Below, piece after piece: positions 38,003 through 51,709 of a stretch of 64,000 nt of DNA. The translations under genes and the position numbers were made by a program. This stretch comes from Gekko japonicus (Eukaryota), in the NCBI RefSeq assembly GCF_001447785.1, contig NW_015169205.1, forward strand, positions 281,420 through 345,419. Direction: 5' to 3'. The notes below the pieces were generated by a model. That model worked only from the letters and a program-made list of their open reading frames with translations, was not told the origin of the DNA and did not search any database. Numbering within the stretch: position 1 is the stretch's first letter; every line of letters starts with the position of its first letter.

Positions 38003-38355
38003 AAAAGGTAAAGGTTCCCTTGCTCGAAAGCCAGTCGAGTCCGACTCTAGGGTTGCGGTGCTCATCTCCGTTTCAAAGCCGAAGAGCCAGCACTGTCCGA
38101 AGACATTTCCGTGGTCATGTGGCCGGCATGACTAAACACCAAGGCGCACGGAACGCTGTTACCTTCCCACTGAAGCGGTACCTATTTATCTACTTGCAGT
38201 TTCTTGCTTTCGAACTGCTAGGTTGGCAGGAGCTGGAACTAGAGACGGGAGCTCACTCCGTCATGCGGCATACTCGGGTCTCGAACTGCTGAACTACTGA
38301 CCTTCCACAGCCTGCAGTTCAGCGTCTTAACCACTTGAGCCACCGCAGCTCCTAG
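38003..38355 (-). mobile_element. Sauria SINE, full length
   Basis: aaaggtaaagg tail; TSD ACAGCAGCTTA. Confidence 0.9.
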
Positions 38356-38752
38356 ACAGCAGCTTAGCCATTAAATGTAAATTAGTAAAATAATTTTTAA
38401 AATGTATCATATTTATATTTAGGGGTGTTTTTTTTGCTGTTTCACATCGACCTTCCCTATGTATACCTTTACACCCACACTGTAAAATTTTTGGCTGCAG
38501 GCCTGTCTTTTAATATTATGTTTATTATGCATCACTAGTTCTGTAGCACTTGTGAGGGCACACAAACATTATCCTTATTTCAAGGAGAACATAATTTGAG
38601 AGCCAATTCCAGTAAATCTCTACTTAATAAGCTATGCTTACAACCAGGGACACCACTTCAGATTTAATTGCACAAGGGGAGATTTCAATAATGAGGAAAA
38701 ATTCTCAGCAAGGTTTGAGTGCCTGCTCTTGGATATATTCAACAATTCCAGT

Positions 38753-39175
38753 CAGGGGTCATTTCGTAGAAAAAGAGGTGCAGGAGCTCATTAGCATAAC
38801 TTATTAGCATAACTTATTTGTGTATGCCACACCCCCTGACATCACCGGAAGTATGTCAGAAGGCAACACCCACCGCTCAGGCTCCACTGGACTGTTTTGG
38901 ATTGCAAGCTATTGGGGGGGGGGACATGCAAATCTGTCCTTGCAGAGGAGGGAGAGCTTGTACCTGAATAAAACTTGGTCTTAAAGGTGCCACTGGACTG
39001 TTTTGGACTGGGACTGGGGGGCCGGGGGGGGGGCTCTGCAACTTACCTGACTGCTTCTTGCTCTGACTGAGGGCTGCTGGGAGCAGGGGGTGGGGGCCTG
39101 TTGCATGTGCCCACCCCCTGGGCTCTTTACTGCCGGAGCTCCGCTCCTGTGCGCTCTTGCAGGAAATGACCCCTG
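38753..39175 (+). mobile_element. hAT MITE family B (CAGGGGTCATTT TIR), copy 1
   Basis: TSD ATTCCAGT; homologous to 59539-59959. Confidence 0.9.
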
Positions 39176-42113
39176 ATTCCAGTGTATTTTGAGAGCATGT
39201 GTGATCACTTTGTATTATAACAACCATCCCAATGTTATAAACACAGAAGTCACCTTTAAAAATAAAAAAGTGTAGGGATTTTTGATCTGGTATGTAGGAC
39301 GTTCAGTAGTTGATAAGTTAGCCATGTGTAGAACCAGGGAGCTGGTCAATTTATGTAGGTATTCCTGGAAAGCTAACCACACGGTTAGTCTTGGAATATG
39401 GTATGGAATGTTTCCTAAGCATTACCTTGCTTACAGCCCTCTCTATTTCTTCTCGAAACTATCATTGATTTCAGTGGGATCAAGTACATAATATACTGTA
39501 TGCCTAAAATTGCAGCCTTAATGACAGTTAGATGGTACACAAGAATTAGTGTCTATTCCAGACACACTCTCCTTCCCTCCCTCTCTCCCTCTCTCCCTGG
39601 CATAATTGTGTGCCACACAACATTCGTTTGCTAAATAGTCTTTACCAAGACTGCCATTCTTCCCCAGGGCAGTGTCCCAGCAAATCTGTAATCTTCTGCT
39701 TCTATTTAGCATTTTTATTTAGCTATACACACTCCTCCAGCCAGCACAGATAGTTGTGGTTTTTTTTAATGGCAGACATTGGCTGATTCTGCATTGGCTT
39801 TTCCCTCTGTTGTTTCACAAAACCTACATTGGAACAGAAATTGCCCTCTGCACTGCACGCTACTTTCACTTCCTTTGATCACCAGATTTTATGGTAGCCT
39901 CCACATTCCATGCTGCTTTCACTTCCTTTGATCATTGGATTTTATGGTACCTTCTGCATAGATTTATGGTCATTTTATGGCAGTTCAGGGGTAACTTTGC
40001 AGTCAGTACGGTGTTGTCTCAGTTGAGAAATGTGGAGCGAATGCTAGATGCAGAATCACCCAAGGTGGAGTTGCTGTAGAAAGAAGGAGCTTCCATTGCT
40101 GCCTTTGGCTCGGTGGCTGGGCATATAGGCAATGGTGACCCAATAAACATTATATACATAGACTTTAAAAAGGCTTTTGACAACATATCTCACCAAGACT
40201 CCTGAGTAAACCATCATCATGGTTGTAATGCTCAGTTATAGTTGCATCTTGTTCTTTAAAACTGTATTACTGTTAAGAGAAAGATAACAGCCCTGTGTGC
40301 TGGTTAATTTGATCAATTGTTAACAGGTGATGTTTGTCAAGGATGAAGTCTTTGCATGTTGGTTGGAAAAGGTCATGTGTATTCAATTGTTAGCTCGTTA
40401 GTGAGGAGATAGTGGATAAAATTAGTAGGTAGAAGGCTAGGTTTTTTTAATCTTGATCTCTCTGGATGATGGAGGATTCGCCCACGGCTGAACCAGACTA
40501 TCAGGAAGAGAAATTGATGTGTGCCCAGCAAGACTGAAAATTTTACTTCCCTCCTGTCTGAGACTTTCTCTGGAGCAAGAACCTGCTTTTAAAGACAAAG
40601 TGAGATAATTTAAGTGGCTGGGTTCTTTTTTAAGTTTTTTTGTTTTGGACTATTGCAAGTGCTGAGGTTTAGTCTTTTGTAAAATAAATTGTCTCTTTTT
40701 AAATATTTTTTATTTTCAATATAAAAACCATGTGTTGACATACAACTTGTAATATTATTACAATATTAAGGAATTCAAATATCAACACTAAACAAACAAA
40801 CTCACAGAACATAATGATATCAACAATCCAATAATTACAAGATCCATTCTTTACGAATAAAGTTATAATACTGTGATTTCTGTGTGGGTGTTATTTGTTC
40901 TAAAACATATTCCAATTTTTCCAATATCACCCTCCACCTTCCATAAAATGCTTGGGAGTTGCGGGAAGGGTCTGAATTTGCCAATTTATCTGAGATTTTA
41001 TCCATTAGGAGATGTTCCCATACCTTGGAAGGGTCTGAATTTGCTAATTTATCTGAGATTTTATCCATTAGCAGATGTTCCCATACCTTGGAGTACCATG
41101 TAGCAATATATAGAGGGGAATTACTCTTCCAGCTCTGTGCAATTGTTATTTTTGCAGCTGAAAGCAATAAAGTTAATAATTCCTTGCTATATTGAGGAAT
41201 TGAGATATCTTTCCAGTAGTTCAAAAGTATAATTTTGGGTTTTTCTGGAATATCATAGCCAGTTAAAAACTTAATTTGGGCTATGATATTTTGCCAGAAT
41301 GTTTTGATCACTGTGCACCCCTACCAGCAATGGATATATGAGCCTATACCTCCACACTGTTTCCAACAATAGGGTGATAATTTACTATTCATTTTATGTA
41401 GCTTCAAAGGTGTCAAATACCACCTGGTGAGTATTTTATAATTTTGTTGTTCTACGTTTATGGATTTAGTCGTAAATGCATATGCCGACCATACCACCTC
41501 TCAAAAAGATTCATCTACTTCTGTTTCTAAGTCTGCATTCCAAGATGACACATATGAAGGTAAGTTTGATGGAGTAGGATCTATAAGTATCTTATATATT
41601 TTGGAAATTAAGCCTCTACTGGTGCCATCAGACAATAATAAAAGTTTTTCAAATTCTGTAGGCGGTCTAGTACATGCTTGTCCCAATTTGGGTGTACTGA
41701 ATAAATGCTGTATTTGAAAATATTCAAACCAGGGGAGTATAGCCGCCCTGAGCATTCAGGAAGGGTGGGATATAAATCCAAATAAATAAATAGAAGAAGC
41801 CTTTATATCTAGCTTTGTTTTTTCTAATAGATGTTTCTTACCAATTAAATCATATAATAGAGTTAAATGTGCTTTTTTCCATAATTTAAAAGAATTAGAT
41901 TTTTGTGCAGGAGGAAACCATGTTTGGTCTATAAAAGTAGATGCTAAGGAAATATCTGGTGCTAAGTAATTTCGTTTTAAGTTTCCAAGTTTTGAATAAG
42001 GCCTGCATTAGAAGGTGATTTGGTATTAAATGTGATCTTTCCGAGGTATGTGCCCAAAATGTTGCCAAATATTGCTTTGAGTTCAAAAAGAATTCTTCTA
42101 AACCAACCCACTC

Positions 42114-42326
42114 TCCTTTTCCTATGCTGAACCAATCAGTTGTTCCGTATCCGGTTCTAACTGTCGCTTCTTGGCCCTTATACAGGTTTCTCAAGAGACA
42201 TGTGAGGTGGTCTGGTACTCCCATCTCTTTAAGGACCTGCCATAGTTTGTTGTGATCCACACAGTCAAAGGCTTTAGCATAGTCAATGAAGCAGAAGTAG
42301 ATATTTTTCTGGTACTCTCTTGCTTT
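42114..42326 (-). mobile_element. Internal BovB/RTE RT fragment embedded in L1 ORF2
   Basis: KAREYQKNIYFCFIDYAKAFDCVDHNKLWQVLKEMGVPDHLTCLLRNLY..QEATVRTGYGTTDWF.IGKG is typical BovB RT. Confidence 0.9.
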
Positions 42327-43569
42327 AAAGTAGGAAGGTTGAATCGGAAGTGGTAATGCGCAAAAGAGGTATAAAAGTTTGGGGAAAACTACAGATTTAA
42401 TTGAGACAATTTTTTCTAGCCAAGTTAAATTTTCTGTATGCCATCTTTCTAATAGTACCTTAGTTGTATTCATGGTATCGATATAGTTGAATTTAAATAA
42501 TTCATTTAGGTTTAAAGGTATTTTAATACCTAAATAAGGCCAAGATGTTTTGACCCATTGATAACAATAATGAGAATATAATTCTGAACATCTTTTCCTA
42601 TATTAATTGGATATATTAGGATTGGTTAACTTGGAGTCCTGCGATCGTTGCAAATTTTGCTAGTAAAGTTTCAATTAGTGGGAGTGATGATTATGGTCAT
42701 GAAACAGTCATATGCAAAAAGGCTGATCTCATATTTAATTTGATTAACTGTTATACCGGTAATTTTATCTGCTTGCCTAATTTTGTTTGCTAGGGGTTCT
42801 ATGGCTATGGCAAAAAGTAGAGGAGACAAAGGGCATCCCTGCTGTGTGCCTCTGGTAAGTATAAAATCTGATTATATTGATTTGTTAATTGCTATATGTG
42901 CTTCTGGTGAGTCATAAAGTGTGTGTATTATTCTTTGAAAATTAGAGCCAAAACCCATTTCTCTGATCACTTTTTTTAAAAATTGGGGTTCTACCTTATC
43001 GAATGCTTTTTCTATATCAAGGGTCAATAGACTGATATCAGTTAAATATTTTTTACTATATTGTATAATTCCTAAAGTTTTCTAATGTTATCAGTAATAT
43101 CCCTGGAGGGAATAAAACCTGTTTGGTTCAAGTGGATATAATTACCTATAAATTTATTTCGCCGATTGGTTAAAATAGTTGTAAATATTTTGTAATCACT
43201 ATTTAATAATGAAATTGGTCTAAACGCTTGGGGTGTTATACTATCTTTTCCCTAGATAACAATAATTTTTGCTTGTGTCCATGATTCCAGCATCTTGCTC
43301 GAATGAAGGATATAATTACAAGTTTCTTGGAAGGGGCCTATTAATTGTTTGGCAATTTTTAAATAAAATTCTGGAGGATAACCATCCCATCCTGGGGCTT
43401 TGTTAATTTTGATTTGTTTTATTGCTTCCGCAATCTCTTGACTAGTTATTGGTTCTTCCATGCTAATACTATGTGTATGGGATAATTTGTGCTGTATAGC
43501 ATTAGTTTTTTTTAAAAAATTGTATTTCTTTTGATGTAGGATATTCAGTGCTATAAAGTTTTTGATAAT

Positions 43570-44250
43570 TGTCACGGTAGAGCCAGGGAGGCAGGCAGAC
43601 AGGGGGAGTCACAATACAAGTCCAAAGGTCAGCCGGGAGAGCAGTCAGCAGAGCATTAAACAAGTCCCAAAACACCAGACAAAGCCGTAGTCAGTTACCA
43701 GAGGTCAGAGTACAGGGAGCAAAGCCGAGGGCGTGATCAGGTTCAAAGCTGGAAGTCAGGAGCTAGAGCAGTCCAAACAGAAGCCGAGTCCAAAAGCCAC
43801 AGAGTCAAACAGGAATCAAGGTGCAGAGCTTCTGGTTCTATGAATGAGGTTGCCAGCACAAATTGCTCATGGCCAGAGGCCCTACTAAATAGTGCTCTGG
43901 CCCATTAACTCATTAGCACCTTTGTGCGAGGTCCTGGCTGCTGTTAAAACTCAGGGCTCAAGGATCTCCGCCCTCTTGAACGTACTTCTTTTCGTCGGCT
44001 AGCCAGCTCCTAACGTCTCTGATCCCTAAGCCTACTTACAGGTGGGGGAGATGCAGGTGGTGAGCTGCTTATGGCCTGCTCAATCCGAGGTGCAAACCGT
44101 CCTGTAGTTGACTCAGATTGCTGTGTATCCTCCTTAGTACTGACAGTAGGTGCAGATCCTGATGCTTCTTCAGTTCTTAAAGGCACTGAATCCTCCCCTC
44201 TTAGGCTGTCAGGAGCTGGCTCTGGGGCTGAGTCAAGGGCAGGCATGACA
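43570..44250. mobile_element. Solo LTR (Gypsy-like) inserted in L1 ORF2
   Basis: TGTCA...TGACA termini with 5-bp TSD ATAAT (43565-43569, 44251-44255); GC-richer than the flanking L1. Confidence 0.85.
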
Positions 44251-47200
44251 ATAATATTGTAAAAATGTGGAAAGGATTTCCTTAGTTGAAGTAATGGGGT
44301 TTCCTTTAGCATCTAGTATCGAGGTAATATTTCTATTGGTTTGTTGTTTTTTTAAGTTTCCAAGCTATCATTTTTAAAGTTCTCGGGTGACGAAACAAAT
44401 ATTTATGTTTGAGGTACAATAAATTTTTCTGTACCTGAGTTGTTTCCAAAGCTTCCAATTTCTTCCTCTCGAGGAGTAATTGTTGTTCGTAGGTTTTTTT
44501 AACCTGTTGCTTTGTGTTTGCTTTCTAATTGTTTGATTTTAATCAAGATTTCTTGTCTTAACAGATTTCTCTTTTTGTTATGGGCTGAGGAAATGGATAT
44601 GATCTTTCCTCTAACCATGGCTTTCATTGCATCCCATACGACATCTACTGAGACTCCACAAGAGGAATTCAATTCGAAATAATCTTTGATTGTTTGTTCT
44701 ATGTCCTCAGAAGCCATCTGACTAAATAAAATATTTTTATTGAGTGACTATGTACAAGTACCTTTTTCTTCAGTATCAAAAATTAATAAACATTCAATCC
44801 ATGCATGGACTGAAAGGGTCCTTAAGCCAGTTTCTGATTGTTGTACCTGATTAACCAAGGGTTTAGAAACAACGATTAAATCTGTTCTAGTAAAAACTTC
44901 ATGTCTAGGGGAAAAATAAGTATAATCTCGAACTCCTGGATGATGTGTTCTCCACACATCACACAGTCATACCGGTCTAATAATGATTGAAAAGCTGAGG
45001 ATTTATTAATATTTTTTGGGTTATGTTTATTTTTTTTCTTCTTTGGGTCAATTTTATATGATCTGTCCCAAAAAGTATCTGGTGTACAATTAAAATCACC
45101 TCCTATGAGGGTATGGCCTTCTTGAAAAGTTTCTAAACGGGCTAATGATTCACTTATAAATTGTTCCTGGCCTGTGTTTGGGGCATAAATCGATGCTAAT
45201 GTAATTAAAATATTATTTAAGAGTCCTTTGATAAAAATATAACTGCCTTTTGGGTCTATAATTTGGGCTTGTTTTTGAAACTGGATATTTTTAGATAATA
45301 GTATGGCTACGCCTCTTGAACTAGAGGAGCTGGTCGCCTGGTATTGTGAAACAAACCAATCTGATTTTAGAAGTAATTTGTTGAAGGTTAGTGGACACCT
45401 TCCGTGTCCTTGCGTTTCCTGCTTTACCCGTGGCACTTTTGTCTGTGATTAGGATAACAATGGAGGAAGTTGAGATGATTTTTTGTAGGAAGGGTGGCTC
45501 CTACAAATACTGACTTAAATTGTAAAGGCTTAATCTCCCATTTTCAAACTGTACTGCATAATGTTTATGACCTTTAGGGTTTTTTTAACAGTACCTGAAG
45601 TATTTAAAATAGTTTACCTTGAACGTTGTTATTATTATGCTTTCAATCATCATCATAATGTAAAAAAGATATCATAATGTTAATCCTAAGCATTGCTTTC
45701 ATGCACATGTTGGATTTTCTTCTAATATCTAAAAATAATAAAGTATGGGTTAATTGCACCAAATTAGAAATTTAATCTAAAAATTCCTTTACGTCATAAG
45801 TAAAATAATTAAATCAACAACACCTTTTTCATAATTATATCATTATTATTACCAAAACAATTAGCTATTTCAACCCAAACTATTTTTAATATTATATTAA
45901 AGTAAGATTGGTTAACTTCACCATAATACTAATATATGGATATTTCCATATTACATCCAAATTTAGTAAAGGAAGAATAAAAGAAGAAAACAGTATAAAA
46001 CTTAATAATATATCTTTGAAAAGAAGAAACAGGTTAACTTCACCTCTTATCAGAATTGAAAATGAATAAAAAGTATCATCTTGGCACCAAATTGTAAGGT
46101 AAGATATAGTAACTGCATTCCATTCAAAACTATTCACTTTCTAATTGAAGCAATAATAAATGTTATTTGTGTAAGAAAATATATAAAACAAAAGAAAGAA
46201 AAAGGAAGCCTTATACTTTAAATAACATCAGTTTTCAAAGTCATGGTTTGGTGTTCTGTTTGAAATGACTCCAACGCTGTAAATTATCCCCGTTTTTCAG
46301 ATCCGATGGTTCAGGTGATGGCAATTTTGGTGGGGCGAAGTCTATGTTCAGTGCTTTCAGTAGAGTGTAGCCGCTTGGTAAATCAAAAGCAAAAAGACGT
46401 TGGCCTTGATGAATCACGAGTATTTTGGTAGGAGAGAACCATCGAAAGCGAATGTTTTGGTCCGATAGTGCTTGCGTAATTGGTTTTAGGGTTCTTCTAT
46501 GAGTTAGGGTCTCAACGGAAAGGTCTAATAAAACTAATACCCGGGAGTTCTGATAGTGAAGACCACCTTCTGCTCTAGATTTTGGTAAAATTAAGTCACG
46601 TGTATGACTATCGGGAAAGGAAGCCACTATGTCCCGTGTAAAGCATTCCGATTGCCTTGCTGTTGAGCCCAGACAGAAGGTCTTATCAATTAAAGGGCGA
46701 TGTTATCTTCAAGTTCTAGTGTTTTAGAAAGCCATGTGGCTAGAAAGATTTTTAGTTCTGACTCACCTTCCGCGTTTTCAGGTAGGCCTCTGAATTTTAA
46801 GTTCTGTTCTTTGTGTTTATTTTCTAGTGCCACAATTTCCCCCCTTGCCCAGTCTTTGGACTTTTGAAGTTGTTGTACGTCCTCTTGCACCGCCATTACG
46901 CCTTCCAGTGCAGACTCTGCTGCTTGAGAAACTTCTGCCAGAGTTTCTGCTATCGTTTTAAGTTCGTCGGTGAGGGGTTTTATGGCTATATTGATCTGTT
47001 TCGCAATATTGTCCTCAAGTTTTCGTATTGTTGAGAAGAAATCAAATTTAGTGAGAACCGCGCCGTCATCTTTGAGCTCCGTCGTTGTCACATCCGCCAT
47101 TTTGTGTGCTGTTGCTGCTGCGTCGCCTGTAGATTGCTTACCATCACCTTTTGTGAGGAATTTAGTCATTTGTTGAGGGTTAATGGACTCCTTCCATGTC

Positions 47201-47616
47201 CTTGTATTTCCTGCTTTACCCATGGCATTTTTGTCTGTGATTAGGGTGCCGATGGAGGGAGTTGAGATGATTTTTTGTAGGAAGGGTGGGAGAAACGATC
47301 CTCTATGCGACCGCCATTCACGGCTGCCAAGCCATGCCCCCATGCTGGTTATACTACCATATTTGATTGGGCAGACCTTGATTGGGCAGACCCAAATGAA
47401 CCAGACTTACCACTGCTTCTCGCTATTATTCTAAAGGACCAGCAGGCTTAGGCTGTATACCTGGCTTGAGAGAGGATGACATAGACCACAGTAACTAAGG
47501 GATCATTTGGCTATATACCAAAGTTTTTAGGCAACTTTGGAATGAACTCTGAAACTTGGGACTGAGTTCTCCCAGGTTAGAGGGGAACAGCCAATACATT
47601 CAAGGAATCACAATGA

Positions 47617-47828
47617 ACGCATGAAGCTGCCTTATACTGAATCAGATCCTTGGTCTATCAAAGCCAGTATTGTCTACTCAGACCAGCAGCGGCTCTCCAG
47701 GGTCTCAGGCTGAGGTCTTTCACATCACCTCCTACCTGATCCTTTTAACTGGAGAAATGCTGGGGACTGAACCTGGGACCTTCTGCATGTCAAGCAGAAG
47801 CTCTGCCAGTGAGCCACAACCCCTCCCC
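47617..47828 (-). mobile_element. tRNA-derived SINE with CR1-like tail (Squam2-like)
   Basis: Minus strand: tggctcactggcagagc..cccaggttcagtccccagc head. Confidence 0.75.
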
Positions 47829-50174
47829 AATAATGCCAGACAGATACACAGAAACAGCACCAAATACAAGAAAGCCCCTTTTACAACGCAAATATTCCAA
47901 GTGCCCACAGATCCTGTACAATCCATATTGCTCAAGAAGCAAAAGGCAGGGTTCTAAAGGCGTGGAGTGCAAATGGGAGCACCAAGGCTTACCTGTCATT
48001 CAAATAATTCAAGGACAAACATCCATTGTCCTGAAAGAGCTGGTTGAAAAGCCCCACCTGTGGAAACTATCTCGAAACTCTATAAATCTTGACAACTTTA
48101 GACCTACTCGAACTGCCTGTTTGTCTTCCCAGAAAAAGTATGTGGTGCTGAATTCAAGCCCAAAATCCTGACTGGACTGGTGAAGGATCTGACGGTTGGA
48201 AAGGTAAAGAAGGACTGGAGATACAGGCCTTCTCAAGGGTGAACTTTGGTCTGTGGCTTCTCTTCCCTTGCCCTTCTTTCCCCCTATTCAAGGCCAACGC
48301 TTCGTGGCAGGCATATACAAAAGAGCTCCTTCCATAATGTTTCCATTTAGTTTCTAGCACAGTGTTTGAAATGTCCAAGAGCTTCTTGTGGCACCAGACC
48401 CACATTATGGCCACATTTTGCATCTGATTAAATCCCGTTTACCCTTTCCTTCCCCCCCCTCCCCTAAGAGTTCTTCTTTCTTGCTCGCCCCTATTTCCAA
48501 TTTTTCCTTCTTTCCTCTTTGCTTTCATGAGGAGCCAACTTAACACAGTATCAGCAGAATCTCAGATGCAACTGTGGCTTCCACCAGAGTGAATTGATTT
48601 AGAAGCGAGGCTCAGTTTTAAAGATGGGGTTTGCAGTGTGTCCGTATGACTAATAAGGGTTTGGAAGACAGTGAGGCACACCAGAAGGCTAACCTCATCA
48701 CTCCCCATCCATAGCGAGTGGGCTCTGCTGTGATCTCGTGCCAGAGCCCTCGGCCTGGCACCATCTCTGTGAGCAAAGAGGAAAAGAAAGCTGACCTTGG
48801 TTTGAAAGGTTTACATCTGTTGACACAAGGGGGATGTTCAGTGCATTGACAAGTGCGGGACTGGAACCCTGAATAGGCCACCATGGACAGTCGAGACAAA
48901 TGTGAGTCATAAGGACATCAGAAGAGCTCCACTGGATCAGACACAGTGTCCATCTTTTCCAACATGTGGGCAGCCAGAGGCCTCCGGGATACTCACCAGC
49001 ACAAAGGCAACAACCTGCTTGCTTCCTAGGAACTGCCTCTGAACATGGACGCTCCATTTCACAGTTATGGCCAATACATTAATGCCTTTGTCCCTGAAGT
49101 TGCCGAAACTTTAAAAAAAAAAAAATCACTATCCAAGCTACAAGTTGTGGCCCTGAGTCCTATAAATGAGCTAAGTGCTATTGGTCACCCTGACTGACTG
49201 TCCACCAGTTTCCTTTCCTTCCTTTCAACCCTAGAAGCTCATAGATATATAACCTTGAGCGGCAGAAAATGTCTAGATGCTCTGTTTGGAACCAAGAGTT
49301 AAAAGGACTGATAACATATTTAGCCACACACCCATGTCATTTTCGGGTCATGATCTCTGAGCAAGAAGAGAACAGTTTCCGGAGAGGGGTAAGTGGTTGC
49401 TTAACAGGGCCATAACGCAGTGGTTCCAGAGAGTCACAAACGGAGGGCACTTGAACAAAGTGTGGAAAGGTGTATCGATCATTTACAGGCCACAGGGCCA
49501 GATTCTGGAAGACTATAGGTCCACCTGTTTCATTGGGCACGCTGTTCCTACTGGAGGACCTGCCATGTGCATAAAATGGGCACCAGCCATCAAGACAAGC
49601 CCACATTCACACAGAGAGCACGCATAGGCTGGGGAACAGGGAGTCCTCCACTGATCCTGTTCCCCTTACTTATGTTGACTTTGTGCACTTCCTCGACCAC
49701 CAGAGAAGACAGTCCTGACCCAGTCATCACGCGGCTTGTTCCCTCTTGCCTGGGTCAAGACTCTGGACTCGGACAGGCAGCCGCTCTCCTGCGGAGGCTG
49801 CCTGACAGCTGAGTAAATGTGACGGAATGAGGCCAAGGGCTTTTGGGACGGGTGGGGGGTGGGGGTCTTTGCACAGACTGAGAATCTTGTTTAGATTTAC
49901 CTGCTTGCCGCTCGGAGTCATTTGCAGGCTTAGCTGGCACACCAGCACAATATGCACAAGGACTCCGGATCTCTAGCAAAGTGAAGGTGCAGGAGGCGCT
50001 TTTTCTGGAGGACTCTGGACAGGCCTGATTCAGAGATGTCCTTCAGAAGCCCGAGGTGTCTGGCTTTCCTATCTCAGATCTTTCACCTGCTGGCAAAAGA
50101 CCCCCCTCAGTAACATTGTTGGCTTGTCTGGGGTACAGTGAACAAGTAAAAATATTACCTTCTTTCCTCCATTT

Positions 50175-50401
50175 TGGTGTGTGTGGTGGTGGTGTAAAGG
50201 GCCGTCAGGTCACAGCTGACATGGTGACCCTGTAGGGTTTCCAAGGCAAGAGACATTCAGCGGTGGTTTGCCGTTACTTCCCTCTGTCTAGTAACCCTGG
50301 TATCCCTTGGAGAGCTCCCATCCAAATACTAGCCAGGGCTGACCCTGCTTAGCTTCCAAGACCCCACAAAATGGAACTAGGCTGGGATATCCAAACAAGG
50401 G
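50175..50401 (-). mobile_element. 5S rRNA-derived SINE
   Basis: ctcccatccaaatactagccagggctgaccctgcttagcttcc; TSD CCTCCATTT. Confidence 0.82.
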
Positions 50402-51279
50402 CCTCCATTTCGCCTTTTTAAAATTAAAAACATAATTATTTATGCTTTTAACAAAGACTCACTTAAAAGACTATGTTAATGCCATCCATTGATTTTTACA
50501 CAGGAGAGCAATTATCTGAGCAGATGGTAGGCAGATGGTAGGCAAGAAGCATCTTCCAATAAGACATCCCTGGTCAATTCAGTTTCTCATATTGATAGGT
50601 TTTTCAAAATTGTCTTCCAGCAATAGCTAGCTGTCCCGCTTGCTGAGGCTCACATTTGTGACCAACTAATTTATGACTTACAAATACCATACAAAGTTAT
50701 TTAGATTCATGCATCTTCTTAAAATATATAAAAATGGTGCCAGTTGATTCTCGCTACTTTTTAGCAGAACAAAGAATATGAAAAATAGCCATTATATGCC
50801 TTTCATACATATAACTTATATGCTGGACCTCAACCAATACGCCCCTATCTTTGAATCCTATCTTCACTTATATGTTTAGCTGGATATTCTTATCATTCCC
50901 ACGTACTTCTCGCACTTGGGCCCAGAGAACATATGACATGAACGAATATTAATTATACACTTTCTAATCTGCTAGACAAGGCTGTATTAGTCTGTTACGC
51001 CTTTGTTTCTTGTCCCACTCCAAAGCTATTCTGTTCTGCACGTCTGGACTCCCTGTTTGGCTACTTTAGCTGAGACACTAGGCCAGCCCTGATTCTGACC
51101 TGCAGAAATGTCCTCTATAACCATGACCAGCAAGTGTTCCCTTATATTTTTGGCTATATCCGTGGCACACTGACCAGCACCACAGGTAGGCTCAGGTGGG
51201 CACTTGCCAACCGATGAGAGCTTCAGGTGGGCCTCATTACTCAGCCTTAATCTAGGCTGACTGTATCTTGACCAAGCCC

Positions 51280-51705
51280 TTAATTTTTTTTAATTAAAAG
51301 TTTTAATAACAACATACTACATCAAAAATACCAAAACCAGAGTATAAATACCAAACAGTAAACACTTTGCTTTAAAAATTATAGCTACATTGAAGTCTAA
51401 ATCCAAAAGCACTTAAAAAAATCATTACTGAATTTATTCGAAATAAGTATATATCAACTAAAGACTCTTGTTATGAGGATATTGATAGGAGCTATATTGT
51501 TATATACGGTGCAGAGTTTGTAATACTGGAGTACTTTATACTGTTTTATATTCAGAAGCATAACCAAGAAGCATAGGCCGGATTGTTTGGGAGTAAATCC
51601 TTCTCAGTCATATATTGAAGGTAAGGGAACCAGGTGCGCTCAAAGAGTGATTTTGTTGTACAGAGATTCGATTGAGCTATATTTAAAGTGTCACTTATCT
51701 TATCC
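51280..51705 (-). mobile_element. L1 3' fragment
   Basis: LMDKISD..FERTWFPYLQY resembles the ORF2 end of the L1 at 41 kb; T-run tail. Confidence 0.7.
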
Positions 51706-51709
51706 ATCA

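Larger units (their letters stand above)
40695..47341 (-). mobile_element. Near-full-length, degraded L1-clade LINE (5'UTR, ORF1 from 47223, ORF2 EN/RT, A-rich tail)
   Basis: ORF1 coiled coil + ENKHKEQNLKFRGLPE; EN motifs RGVAIL, ASIYAPN, GGDFN; RT KAPGWDGYP; C-terminal FWQNII..LLSAAKITIAQSWK; GC-rich 5' end gggggcatggc; many stops and frameshifts; no TSD seen. Confidence 0.9.

Noticed and set aside
47750-47828. tRNA gene
   Set aside because: Degenerate tRNA-like head continuous with a SINE body.
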